52,791 bases of DNA, filler included, from Porpidia crustulata (GCA_964255105.1; 4 parts of 4 records of this genome joined end to end with filler, not necessarily neighbours in it); one strand, 5' to 3'; positions 1 through 13,234 are shown, counted from the first letter of the whole stretch. The notes: generated by a model not told the origin, from the sequence alone. A program made the numbers and translations.

Positions 1-139
1 AAGTTGGAAGACTTGGTCCAATACTACTAGATATGGTGGGTATGGCCGTAACAATGCTCAGCATATGCTGAGCATGTGTTTCATGATAATATACACATAA
101 CTCAAAATCTAAACGAAATCACATATCTGAATTTAAAAT

Positions 140-899
140 GATGTACTTTGTCGCGGGTTGAGGTTTAACGCTAGCGTTTTCAACTCTAGTCGAGGTATTT
201 TCAACTTCAGCCGAGCTGCGACCCGCTGCTCAACTCACAAACAAAAAAACCAGTCAGTCATAACCGAGAATCACAAAAAGCCTATCCAAAGTAGATCTAC
301 AAATGCCTCATTACCTGCTGAGCGCGCGGCCCTTGATCTCTCCTTTGTTAGTTGGTGTTGGTGAAGTGGAAAGCTTAGAAGAATTGATCAAGTCAAGGAG
401 ATAGTGATAGTTGTGTCCTGTTGATAAAGCGCGGTATAAAGGACCTCCCGAATGGATCCATCATTTGTCCCTTTGCACTTACATTTTCATTCAATCATTC
501 GCCTGGGGTGGATGTTTATCTGCTTGCTTCCCCATATACGACATACCTTGCTTCCTTTTATCAACGCAGGTTAAATTGGTTGTTGGGCAAGGGAGAGTGG
601 TTGCTGGATGGATAGATGCTTATCGATGTTGTGATAGGTGTATTTATTGCTTGTCCCTTTTGCCACGCTCGTAATTTGAGAAGGTCGCTTTGGTGGTGAA
701 TTTGTTGGTCGTATATCTGCTCACCGACGGTTTTGCGGGACTTTTTTTGGAAGGTCTGGGGATATGGTGCTTTGGGTTGAAGGGTTTATTTTGGGAGAAA
801 TAGGACGGTTAGAAGGGGTTGGGGGGGTAAGATGTATCCCGCCGATGAATACAATTTTTTCTCTCAGCGGGATCACAGAGCGGTGGGGTTTCTAAACAT
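140..899 (-). pseudogene. Probable degraded intron-containing gene of unknown function
   Basis: The minus strand reads MFRNPTAL*SR*EKKL.../PTPSNRPISPKINPSTQSTISPDLPKKVPQNRR*ADIRPTNSPP...QQPI*PALIKGSK, followed by GTATGT...CAG and GTAAGT...CAG intron-like segments. The stops are TGA/TAA, each one C>T change from CGA/CAA, and there is a frameshift in a C-run. No family recognised; boundaries approximate. Confidence 0.3.
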
Positions 900-2424
900 G
901 CCCCAAAACAATGACAGGCTTTGTCCAGGAGAATTAACGGCGATGGAGGAGCTTTTAGGCATCATTCTTGAAGTGAATTGTCTATGATTGCTGATTACGT
1001 AGCCCGAATGAATGCGTCAGTAAACGCTCCTCTCGTTCTGGAAGTGAGTAGTGCCGCTATATCACCCATACAACTACTAGGTGAACTGAGCGTGGGGTAG
1101 GGGTGAGCCGCAGCTGAGAGGGCCTGTTTGAGCTCCGCAGCCTTCGATTGGACTTGCTCAAGTATGGACTTCTATTTTGAACCTTGACTCTGAAATCAGG
1201 GTATCGTAATTGCAGCGCCGCAGTGAGTAATCAATGATCTTCGGTCTGCGTGTTTTCCAAATCAAAGCCATCCGGGGTAGTCGTCCGGAGAGGGCAAAGG
1301 GTCAATGGGTCGGACCATACCAGACCAAAGGTATTCCAAATCCTGCTCGTGCTTGATATTGGAACAGGAGCCTTCGAGAATTCTTCTTCGGAGCGAAGTC
1401 TGCCTCCTACATAGAGGAGCATAGTCTTGGAACGGATGTGGTGACAGACGATTATGAAATGTCTGTGCAGTGCTTAGAGCGACGGAGAACGAAGGCTAGA
1501 CTTTGGCAATGGATCTACAGACTCAACTTGCGGGCAATTCCAGTAGGTGCAAACCGGTGAACATCGGCTAATCTCCTGAATCGAACAGCTTGATTGGAGG
1601 TTCTCCGCCGATAAATTTGACGAAGACAAGCAGAATCACCTAATAACGCAATTAAGTATCATCAACGGTCGATCAAATATCCGAGGGCTCGTTTCGAACT
1701 CTCAGGAGACAAAGTGACTTTTGGTTTGCCAAAAGCTCTTGATCCTAGTTTTGTAAGGGGCATGTAGGTGACATGGGAACACTAGAAGACGTTAAGAGGG
1801 TGTTACTTGATAAGCCACGCTTTTGTGGAACAACGCTTTTCTGATGGATATTCTTACGTACTGAACGGGCCGATAATTTATCCAAATCTGTTGCTTTCAG
1901 TTATGTGTCTTCGCCCGTGAAAAAGTTTAAGCCTGTTGCAGTGATCAGAACCAGATGAATGATATGAATGAACAATGATGATCAAAGCTCGCGAATTGGG
2001 GATCGCAAAACTCGGAGATGGAGAAGCATGCCGCTGATGAGATTTGAATTAAAACGACCAAAGTACGAAAGGGACAGCATGCAAGATTTCGATTTTGGCG
2101 ATCCTTTTATTAACACCTTTCATTTTTCATAGATATCGCTTTCAGGGCGAAGGCTTCTTTTATGACTTGAACACGGGCATTGCTTCTTGGTTGACCCCAG
2201 CAGCGGTGTAACACAGATGTAGCAGTAGATTCGTGAAGATGCGAGTATAGCCTCGAGCACATTTCCATCAGCGCAGTAGACGATTGATTGATAGCGGGTT
2301 TATATCGACATGATGTTGACTGTAGTCGACAATAATATGTCACAAAGAGCACTTGACTGACATCCTGAAACACGCAATCTTTCAAATTATACTTTAAAAG
2401 AAGCTCAAGATGGCCTCGGCACTC

Positions 2425-5400
2425 CTATTGGATCCACCCCAATTTCTTTGCTTCTTCCCTCGCAGGAGTAGCCTGTTGCTGCAACTCAAGCGAAACGCTC
2501 GTTGCTTCTGCTAACGTAGTCCTTACCCTGACAAGCTCTCTCGGATGGCTTCTAGAGATTTCGCCAGCTTCGGCTCCTCTGCTTGTCTCGATTTGGCTCT
2601 CAATACTCGCGCACATCTTAATGATATGATTATTGACGTTGTTGTAGGTGTTAGTAAGTGTACTATTTATAGAGGTTCTCACTGAGCTAGCGATGATTCG
2701 AAAGATGTCTCCCTGGCGTAAGCGAGCTTCCATGATGGCATGCATACGTCGTTCCATCCCATGCCCGCGTTCCAAGGCACAAGCACGGTAGGTAGGCAAC
2801 ATGACAGTAAGTATTGATGAGCTGTAATGGTCGCCTGTTGCATTGTAACGAATTCTTCTAAGATGTTGTTACTAATGTCCAGACTTGAGACTCTAAAAGC
2901 AAACCTAATTTCCTGGCTCAACTTCGAGAGCTCTTCGTGCACCAAGTACCCAAGCTCCCGTTCCTTCAATTTCATGGTTGTCACCAAGCTCTGTGAAATC
3001 TGCAAATCTACAGAGCCATCAGTAGCGCCCACGTTATTGTTGGGCGAGGGAGCTCACCACGCATCTTTTTGCTCATCTTAGAGAGCTCTAATTGCATGAA
3101 ACGCGGTACTTCGTCCGCTGCCTTATCAAGCATATTGGTGAAGTCTGCCCATCGGTCTTTAAGATCTTCGTTCATTTGCTGTAGAAGTTCATCATTCCAA
3201 CGTTTGAAGCCCTGAGCTCCAGTCTGATGGGTGCCATCATGCCTGGCCCAGGCTTTGTAGGATACTTGTATCTGATATCAGATCCGATCGATCCAAGGTC
3301 ATGCTTGACTTTCCAATGCTTACTGTGATGCCACTATACGTGAGACGTCAGTATCTACGTCGTTTTTTAAGGGCGGAAGCCCTACAGATAGCCATTTCTC
3401 GCTGGCTTCGCGAGCTTTGTCATTGAAACAACTCTCTCGTTCTCCTAGACGAGGTCAGCTTGAATATCACAGGCAAAATTAAATAGATTCGTACTCCAGA
3501 AGTCTAGGATGTGAGTCCCTAGACAGTCGTTGACTGCATCTGAGAAGGCGTCGACCTGCCCCGATAGTTCCTTTGAAGGTTAACGAACAATCATGTCAGA
3601 ATATGTGGTAGTCCTACCGACTGAAGCTCTGGAATGCAGTCTAGTGGGACCAGAGGTGGCGCACCTTGTTCCACGGACGCCATCCATACTTCTAAGGATT
3701 GGACCAGGTCCGGTATTTCAACATCCAAGAAGTGGTTCGTGACCCTGAATTGGGCTCGTGCTACCACCGAGTGGCAGAAATGGCGAAGCTCCGGAATGCC
3801 ACTGCCTGGGATTAGGAGGTTTCGCGTCTCACCGTCCCAAGACCTTTTGCTCCCCATTTCGTAGTCATTGTTGCCAATGCAGAACACACTAATATTTGAA
3901 TTTCCTACATCAGGTTCGTACCTCTCAAGGACCTTCCTCCTGACGGAAGCGTTCCTCGCCTCGACATAGACATACTTGTATCTGCAAGTGTCAGCTACAT
4001 TGTTGAGTTGAGGGAGCATATTACCGTATCTCAGCCCGCTGTTGTTCTTCTGTGATGCCATGTCCTCTTCGTATGGAATCGTTCACAATCTTGAGTGCGC
4101 GTGTCGTAGCTAGCTGTGTTACAGCTTGATACTGCTTTTCACTACCCTTAAGGTCGATCACCTGAAAATATCATCAGGTAAGCACGTTTGAAGACAGCAA
4201 AGACCCACATCAGCGTGCGTGCAAATGACACAGATGTTCTTGCTAATCCCTTGCTTAGGATCTAAGCTACTCCGAACAAATCGGTCGACACTTTGATCTG
4301 TCACGGCTCGTTTGATGTTCGCAACAACAAAAATATCGTCACATTGTACAAGGTATTGCTCTGCTCGTCGAACTCTAGCAAGGTTGATGTCGCCGAAGCC
4401 TACGATTCATTAGGATGTGATTGACGCCGTGCAGGGGAAAGGCAATACATGCCTGGTAGATCTGCAAGTACGGTTCCTGTCTTCAGGACTTGAGCACTAA
4501 GATAGATTCTGTGAGTAGGGCCATGTCAGCATCCAGATTTGGTATCTGCCTCCAAGAACGCAAAGCGATCAACGTACCTGACTATATTGGTCAATGGCCA
4601 AAGTCCATTCTCCATGAACTGTGCTACTTTTTCATGACACTCGCTGGCGTCATTCGCCGTCGAGAGCCAGCGACCGTCTTTCGCTCCAGCAGGCCATTTT
4701 AAGGACTGGGCGAGGCCTTGCAGATCGCTTTCTATTTCCTCAAATGTACGATCCGAATTCCCTCCCCACGTGCCCCGAAGGTATTCCTGCTCTATCTCCG
4801 GACAGTCTGGGAAGATGCTCTGTAGTGTAGACAAGGCGACTTCTGACTTCTTCTCTATATTTCGATATTCATCGTCTGATAATAGCTCTTCCTGTAGCCC
4901 AGGCCTGTAGATGTGTCGATAGCTGAATATTAGCTCATGGAGCTGCGCTTTGATCTCTTCTGCGTTGGCGTATTCGACCTCGATCGTGAAGGGCTCGTGT
5001 TGCTCCGGCTTATGCTTTCTGTACTCGGTGACGAAAGATGTAACTGCAGAGCCATGATCTCCCTATGGTCTTAGATTAGTTCTCATTGTCAGACAAGGAG
5101 CCGTTTCTTCAGACCGTGGGCGCCAAATCTGGTAGGTCAAGCAGGGAGTTGATCAGACTGCTTTTCCCTACGCGCTATCATTAAATAAAGTCAAGCGACG
5201 AAGAAAGGAGGCTCGTACCAGCTGCAGAGTCTCCTACTATAGCAACCGTTCGGCTCGCAGGGCTGTCAAAGCGACTAAGCTGTGAAGCGCGTTGTTTTAT
5301 TTTATAAAGCTGTGAATCGCCTCGATTCGCCACCTCGCACTGGCTTAGGTGACTACAGACATCGCCTACAAGCGTTTTGGCTCTCTTCAACGCCTGTTGG

Positions 5401-6177
5401 TAGTCACGATTGAAACAAGGGTTTGAGGGCAGAGCCTCAGCAACCACATTGTATGGTATGAACTGTGCCTCGTCATCACCCAGCGAGAGCCCTTTGAGAT
5501 TTGGGAAGTCTCCCGATCGACCATCACTAGCTTCAACATCTTGGTAGTGGTCCTGATTGATGACGGAGCTTGCTTCCAACGTTGAGCTGCGTTCTGGCTC
5601 CGGCGAAGGACTCGGTCTCGGCGTAGCATTGGGAAGATCTCTGACAGTGATCAGGTCTGCTCCCTCCACACTGGGAAGCGGTATATCCGGTGACAACAGA
5701 CGACTTGGAGGTCGCGTGGCGGTTGGAGAAGAAATCATGAGCTCAGCGAGTCGGTCACCAATGGAAATCTGACGCTCGACGAAATGTCTTGGTACGCTGC
5801 TTGCCGGGTCGTCGATTGGTGGAGAAAGCTGCACTTCAATTCCAGGATCCACTATGATGTCTCGAGTCTGTGATTCATAGTTGTCATGCATGATTGAGGT
5901 CACTCCGGTCTGTTCGTCCTGAACATATGCTTTTCCTGGCAGGCCACGCATTCTTGAATTCTCTTTGATTCTTTCAACGAAGAAAACGAGTCTAACGTGG
6001 GAACTTTAAGTCGCAGGAAGAGTATGGCGAGCATAGCCTGGTAGAGTAGATCTGGTGGGGTCCATGCGGGCTGAATGCTTTGCTGTGCCCCTCCCTGGCA
6101 TACCTCATGGGCTCTGTTTCAGCGGTAGCATCGATGCTCGCCTGTCCCTCGCTCTTCGCATAATCTTTGCCAGACAT
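2425..6177 (-). CDS. Dynamin-like P-loop GTPase (SLIP-GC-like, Dynamin_N domain plus helical C-terminus), 14 exons
   Basis: Manual splicing gives a continuous frame from ATG 6177 to TAG 2425. Motifs: G1 VAIVGDSAAGKSSLINSLL, then GSAVTSFVTEY, LWPLTNIVRIYL, G3 LADLPGFGDINLARV, G4-like VICTHAD, and C-terminal WHHISYKAWARHDG. All 13 introns have AG acceptors; one has a GC donor. Confidence 0.85.
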
Positions 6178-7014
6178 TGAAAGCTATTCTTGACGAGAGG
6201 ATCTGACAGTAAAACAAATCAGAGACGAGACCTTCTCTAGGGGATTCAATAATGACAGAAGACGAATTATCATCTCTAGAGACCAGTAGCAATAGACCAC
6301 AGAAGGGCCAATGAGTGTGGGGGGGAAGGAGGAGGAGGGAGGCAAGCCGCAGCCATGCCGCCGGGTCACATCGGTGTGCAGCCCCAAAACACAGGGCGCG
6401 CGCGAAAGTGATCCACACTCGACAATGTCCAATGCAAACGCTCATAGCGACTACTCGTCCCGGTTCCCCGAAGCCGCCGTCATGATGATTGACGCTTCTG
6501 CATCACATTTACAGACGTGAGAGATTCGAAGCGACCTTCAACCCTGGATAGATCATGTATCTAGCGTGCTCTTCAAGATAGCGACCAGAGAACGAATCTT
6601 CTGTAATCGTTCTAGCTAAACCACAGGGTCGCAGGGACGAGGTGGGCAGAAGAAAGGATGGAATCTCGTAAGTGGTGATGAAAAAGAAAGCGCAGCCTCG
6701 TCTAGGTACCTCACTGTGGGATACTATTCGACTGACGGTTGCAGTGTCTACCTGAGCACTTATGCTACGGGCTACAGCAAAGATAGCTATCTCGCCTCGA
6801 TAGTCATCTATATTAAAATCTCGTCATCAAATGGATTTCTACTGAGTTGAGACGATGCTCATCATCAATACAGTCAAAGACACAATGTGACATCGTTCAT
6901 TAATTCCCCTTTGTTCAAGAAAATAGTGCATATATGACGGAGCGCTTTTTCGACGTTTCATCTTTTTCATTTGGACTCAGAGTCCTGCGAGTAGAGTCTT
7001 TCTGGCATGCCATA

Positions 7015-7140
7015 CTCGTACTCACCCCTCAACGGAACACACCCCTTAAGGGAACGACTTGTCTAGGGTTAGGGCTATTTTCGTTATTTTGAGTCTGTTA
7101 TTCCGTTGATGGGCGTGTTCCGTTGAGGGGTGAATACGAG
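7015..7140. mobile_element. 126-bp MITE, Tc1/mariner-pogo type
   Basis: Left end CTCGTACTCACCCCTCAACGGAACACACCC matches the reverse complement of the right end, CTCGTATTCACCCCTCAACGGAACACGCCC (28/30). Flanked by TA at 7013-7014 and 7141-7142. No coding capacity. Confidence 0.85.
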
Positions 7141-10128
7141 TATGTTCAACAAGCTTCTTGGAAATTCCTATCTTGGCCGAGTTGCCGGGGTAGCATATCA
7201 GCAGACATGCAGTTTTCAGACATTAGAGTAGCAGATTTGGAGCTGATATCTTACTCCAGACGTGTTTCTCTGCAGATCTAGTTCATAGCTTCTCTCTATA
7301 TCCTCAGGTAGAAGGAGGTGCTAGTAGTAGCCAGTACACGTGCAAAGTCACGTTTATCCCTCCAATATATCTAAAAATACGACACGGAGTTCAGCTGTTC
7401 CTCAGTCGCAACAGATGATGTCTAGGTAACAATGCTTCAACGCCGTTTTCAGTGCTCAGATCGCTTTTGCAACAACAATGCCTCTGGACATGCTTAAAGG
7501 TGTGTTCTAGACTTGTGAGCGTTAGAGTCAACGAAATACTGTGCACGGCGACTGTGATCTGTCTTGTCATCATTCAAACAGCGATCCAGTCACACTCGCC
7601 CCGGGGAAATATGACAATCTTATGCCCGAGATTTGGGGAGAGTGCTAGGGCAATAGCACCTAGTGTACCATTAGGCGTGAGTGCCTAAACGGTTGAGCCA
7701 CAGCACTTGCACATAATCTCCTCCCGAGATGAAGGTCGGAAAATCAGGAGTACGGTAGCGGTACTAGTAACTGGGGAAATGACCCTGAATTATGGATTAT
7801 TATTAAAATTTTAAGGGTAAGATATGGCGATCATTTCTTGGTGTAATTGTGATGATGCTTGCTCTACCACAAAATCCACAGTCGGACAGATCTGCCGACC
7901 ACGCCGACGAAGCAATGAGATGCGCTAAGACGTGTTCCTTTGCAGATAAGCGAAGATTCGTGGCACAATTGGCACATTTGGCACATTCTGGCTACCAGGG
8001 GAACGTGACCACTAAGCTGGCACAAGATCATACTTGCATACCTATTCTACCTACTAATTAATTACCAAATATGGGCTACCATAGGGAGACAAGTACACAA
8101 GAAGCAGAACTTGGGAGGCTAAGAGAATAAGCATTTCGCCCTATGGTTGTAGTACAATGATATCGTCGTCAGCCCGCTAATAATCACTCTGATAGACAAG
8201 CCTACGGTCATTGCGGTTTTCCGTCCGTCCCTCCGTACGCAATTGGCCCACTTGAGACTTATCGGCACACCCACTCGAAACCACTCTGCTGCGGTACATA
8301 CAGGATGGACTGATGGAGAGCATGGCATTTCGACTTTACCAATCTCGCTCGTGCTCGGCAACAGGCCAGGAAGGGTGGTCAGTTATCGGATTGGGAGAGG
8401 CCTGCTTCTGTTCGACGCCGATAAGACGTCCATTATCGATAATGGCGCCTTCGGGGCTAGCTGACATGTGAACGTTGGGAATGGGCGAAGAAGTGGAGGA
8501 TAGCTGCATGCACCAAGGCCGACCGACCTTGGCGCTGGTCCCGACGGACAGCATAAACGCTGAACAGAATAAGGTACTCGCAACATCATGACTTTCCTTG
8601 TTATGCAAATTCGTCTGGTATCCCGCACGCCGGGCTCATCTGTAGTACCGGCAGCACAACAATCAAATAACCAGCCTGCCCGCTCTAACTTTAATTTCTT
8701 CAGAGTCTTTGCGAATAGCCGACAGTCGACAGGAACAAGAGGAACAACCGCTCATGCCTCATGGAGAGCAGAGTTCATCCCCATCGTCAGGGTCTATCCA
8801 CGATCAAGTGTCCTACGAGCCTACCAAACTTGGGATCGCTGTAGGAGTTCCGGCATGCTCAAGATTGCATGTTTCGAAAGTGGGGGTGGGTGCATAAGCT
8901 TGGTGATTGCCCGCATCAATTAGAATCCAAAGGATTCGGTCTGTGCGGCTCAGTGTGAAAATCAATACTCGATAGGATGAAGTGGTCTCCGCTTAGCTCC
9001 TGCTCTTCATCCCCTTCAAATCTGAAGTTGGCATTTCCAGACCTATCTTCAAGACGTTGACTCAACAGTAATCTCATTGTTGATCCAGATGAACTACGGA
9101 CGTGTGGAGTAGTGAAACCCCCTTTCAGCGACGCGTCTTAGACTTCCAGTTGGACCCAAGTGACGCCTTCCCTAGTATTCATGCGCTAGTGGCAGTAGCG
9201 AGACGTGACCCCTGTCCCCCAGTAGTGGCAGCTACAATTTAACAGCCGTACTCCGTATTCGTGCACAACAGACACAAGAGCATTTGGGGGCCTGGTTGTA
9301 TATCTTCTCTATCCACCATCATCAACACCACTACCGCTTCATCGGCCACGAATACAACTCGTTGTGCCTTCTCCCGATCATCGTGGCCAGTGTCTTCTCC
9401 TTCTCCATTGCCTTTAATTGCTTGTAATTGCCCCCCATTCCAATTGCCCTTACTACAACATTCTTTCTCCCGTGTCCCGGGATAACTTTTGCTTCGCTAC
9501 CAAACTTCGTAATCTGTACGCTCCAGGGGAAAATCTCCATCAATCATCAAATCTGCTCAATCCGCCGCCGTTAGATTCTCTTGTGTGCCTGAGCCGCCCA
9601 TGAGGGATCGGACGTGCCGAGTAGACAGTCGTTCTTGACGGATACGGTATCTACTTTACGGCCTATTGCTTCGATTTGAATCTACTCTGAGCCGCCAGCC
9701 GAGAACTACGGTACAGTCAATTTTTCCACTGCTTCAAACACTTCGACGATCTCGCCGGCCATTGACGATACGGCCAATTCTATTCTATCACTGTCTTTGT
9801 AGTAATTTCAACTCTTGGTTACCCACACAATCCTTCAACACCTACCTTGCCACCACGGACCGTACGTCTGACCTGGAAGTCTAACCCCTCCTGTTGAGCC
9901 CCTTCACTTCACAGTAGAATCATGCTCATAGCCCAGGGACGGGCTTTTGCAAGACCTCTTCAATGGTACTCATGCTGACATCTAAAATTGGTCTAGGCAG
10001 GTAACAACCATCTCTTCCCACCTCAATAAGCCGTCCACCTAAGGATTACATACCACCCATTCCTCTCCCGGCTTGAAGCCTCCCCACAGAATCTCTGAAG
10101 GACGTCAGCTCTATAACAGCGTTCCATA

Positions 10129-12865
10129 ATGGCTGCTTTGGTGCAGTCCTTCCCTTCACCTTCGTCAACGATCACAATGCTCCAAACACGTCCATCGTCA
10201 TCCGATGCGTTTCAGACTGGATCACAGAACCAACAGCATCAACGTAACTCGCCAATGCCGAGAAACATATACAACACGTCTGTGGGAGGCATGGCGGCGG
10301 GAAATTACCGAGGCCACACGTCCACGCCCCCAGTCAGCCCATATGCGTTCACGTCGACGCCTGTGACGCCGAATGGTGGAAATCCACTTCGTCAACATCC
10401 TACGACCCCACATCTTCGTCAGGAGAACCGGACCACCTCTGCACCTACAATACCATTTACACAACAGACAACATCGCTCAGTACAGCCACTAATCGGCCT
10501 CGTCTGCCAGCAGTCAGTCCACTACCTTTGGACCTGGGGAACGCCTTTTCACCGCAACAACAAATGAACTCCAAAGACGATACGTCAATCACATCTTCTC
10601 ATATCAAACAGATCAATCCGAGGCCGCTATCATCGATTGAACTTAATTCCCCTTCATTAGCCACGCCTCCGCCCATCACAACTACCGCCAAACCCTCACC
10701 TGATCGTTATCGCCGTAATAATCGTCGGCCTGACACGCAAGGATCTCCGGGAGCTATAATTACCCAAGGTGGATCCGCCCCACCCTCTGGCTCTGGTATG
10801 GCAACAATCGGTCACCTGTACAACATTCCTACGCAATCTAGCAGTACACCCTCACTGTCGACTTATCCCTCATATAGAAGATCTCAGTCACCCTTATCTC
10901 ATAGCGGAAGTGATGGCTCTTCTGCTACATTAATAAGCTCGGATGATATGAACCTGCCTAAACAGTCTATATCAGAGCAAGCCAAGAGATATCGTAGGAG
11001 AAGTATTAGTAGCTTAGAGGCGAAGGAATATACATCCCAATCGTTCGAGGTACCGATACCACCATCAACCCCACCAAAAACTTATGCCGCGATGCTTGCA
11101 AGCCCTGCACCACAAGAACGAAAAGAGGCCAGAGGCCCTACTACGTTGCAGCGACCTGACTCATCTCATGGCCGTCAAGGCAGTTCTGAGAGTGCAAGTA
11201 CTGGCCGGTCCAACTCAAGACCACCTTCGGTAAGTAGAATCTTTCCCCTGCACTCCCTGTCTTGCGGGTCAGGAATGTTGGCTGCACCTCATTTTCATAT
11301 GGCGGCCTCCGAAAACGTAGCTTACTATTATTTCAGTCCAAACGAGAAGGTGCGACCACTTCAACCAACCCTGCTACTCTACAAGCGACCCCAATTGCCA
11401 GAAACGAAGCGAAGATTATAAATATTCCTCCTCGTGGGGCTTCAGATGCGAACAAAAGGCTCACGAATCCATCCCCATTATCGCGGCCTATGCATATGAG
11501 CCCTGAATCTCCTTCGAATAAAAATGCCTTTGTGGCCACAGTGCAGTCCAAATCTCCCGAGACTCCTACACCTCAAGCCGGCATTCCAGAGAGCCCGGCT
11601 GCTCAACATCTGGCAGCGCTCAACAAAAAAGACGCAAAGAAAGAGGGAAAGTCCTCGAGGTTACGGCGAGCGTTTTCGTTTGGGAGTGCCGCTGAGCTAA
11701 GAAAAGCCTCCGCCGAAAACAATATGAATAACAACGCATCCGCTGAGCGTGCGAAGCTGAGGAAGGATCGTTATCAAGATGAGCGTGAAGCTGAACAGGC
11801 TGCTATTGTACAAAAGCAAGAGGCAGGAGGACTGGGAGAAGGCATATATTCTGGACAAGGTCATTTCTTTACTGGCTCCACCGACAACCTCTCGATCTCC
11901 TCAACTGCATCTTCCGCGTCTGTCATGATCCGAAAGATGGGTAAGGGAATGAAAAAGGGCTCTCGGTCGCTGGTTGGGCTCTTCCGACCGAAGTCGGTCG
12001 TGGGGGTACCACCAGCGGACTCTGCTGTTCCTGAACCGAGCGTGGCCCAAGTTTCGATGGTAACAGTCGAAGCTGAGCGTGAGAAGGTTAATGTTAATGC
12101 AAACCCTCATGAACAAGCAAAAGGTGGCACCGGGTTTCCTAAATTGGAGAGAAACTCGATCGATGCTGCTAGTGCCGGTATGGAGCCATTTACAGCCCAG
12201 AACGATTTTAACGAAATCTCGCGGGGGAGACGGAGCATCGTCGGTGGTGAGAAAGAACGGGCTGAAGTACTTGCTGCGGTCAAGAAAGGCATCTTGAAGC
12301 GTGGGTCTTCCCAAGGCTCTGTGGTGGAGTCTTGACTAACAACAAGTAGGAAGCGGCACCGACTCTGGAAACTCTTCACCTGTTGTGCGACCTGTTGACT
12401 CGAAGTCTGCTTACTTCGACCTCCCTCAAGTCCCTCAACTGACCGACTCGCCACGTTCCAGCTCTCCACATAGCCCGGCTGAAGGAAGCAATGGGCGTCT
12501 TGGTCATCGGAGGACCGATTCTGTCAATTTGGACGGTGAAGAATACTTCATGAGCGTGGCAGCGAATTATGCTGGAGGGGATTCAAAGAGCATGCCGGGC
12601 ACACCGCGGAGTAATCCTTCTCGCAATATCAGCTTCAGTCCTCGCATCCAGTTTCATGATACATGGACGAGTGGGGAATACGATCGAAGAGGAGAGATTG
12701 CAACTTGCAATCGATTGACCCCAATGCTAGCTCAGCAAATCAAGGAGGAGCTGAATACCTTCAAGATGGTAAGCTGATTAGCCTCGTCATCTGCAAACCT
12801 TACTAAAGTTGGACCAGGAAATGGAAGTTCATGAAATGTCTAAAGTGCACACCCACTTCTTCTAA
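10129..12865 (+). CDS. BNI4: Bni4-like PP1(Glc7)-targeting septation/bud-neck protein, 4 exons
   Basis: Exons 10129-11229, 11337-12300, 12350-12768 and 12818-12865. Long Ser/Pro-rich region, then KKGILKR and the conserved C-terminus NISFSPRIQFHDTWTSGEYDRRGEIATCNRLTPMLAQQIKEELNTFKMEMEVHEMSKVHTHFF. Confidence 0.85.
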
Positions 12866-13134
12866 TGAGTCCGCATGTGGTGGGCTCTGCCCCACAAGGA
12901 AAGCTGATCAACAAGAATATTTGTCTGGATCTCGATGGATAGTACTTCTTGGGCACCTGATTCCGCAGCGCCGTCTTCACATACTCAGGCTCTTGGCTTT
13001 CGGTCAATTCATATGAAGCATTTGGCGAAGTGCAGGTCTCCGGCTCGAGTGAATACTTCCACGTTGTCATCATCTCGACGAGCATTTTCGGTCCATACTA
13101 TCTAAGATCCGAGCTGGTCACGGGCACCTAGAAC

Positions 13135-13234
13135 NNNNNNNNNNNNNNNNNNNNNNNNNNNNNNNNNNNNNNNNNNNNTTAATTAATTAANNNNNNNNNN
13201 NNNNNNNNNNNNNNNNNNNNNNNNNNNNNNNNNN
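13135..13234. other. Artificial contig-joining spacer
   Basis: 44 N + TTAATTAATTAA (stop codons in all six frames) + 44 N. Confidence 0.97.

Noticed and set aside
478..515. PGE*LNEN on the minus strand as a Ulp1 protease motif
   Set aside because: It spans what looks like an intron acceptor and a short exon, and no other C48 catalytic motifs follow.
1000..2400. Short ORFs and an ATGATGA...CTGA C/D-box-like pair near 1974-2036
   Set aside because: No terminal stem or recognisable rRNA guide, and the ORFs show no family signal.
7063..7075. TAGGGTTAGGG as a telomeric repeat
   Set aside because: Fewer than two full units, and internal to a MITE.
7391..9884. Many 60-110 aa ORFs between the MITE and BNI4
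   Set aside because: No motifs and no coherent splice model; probably promoter and long 5' UTR, although a small gene cannot be excluded.
13179..13190. TTAATTAATTAA as a biological motif repeated three times
   Set aside because: It is always centred between two 44-N runs: a six-frame-stop assembly linker.
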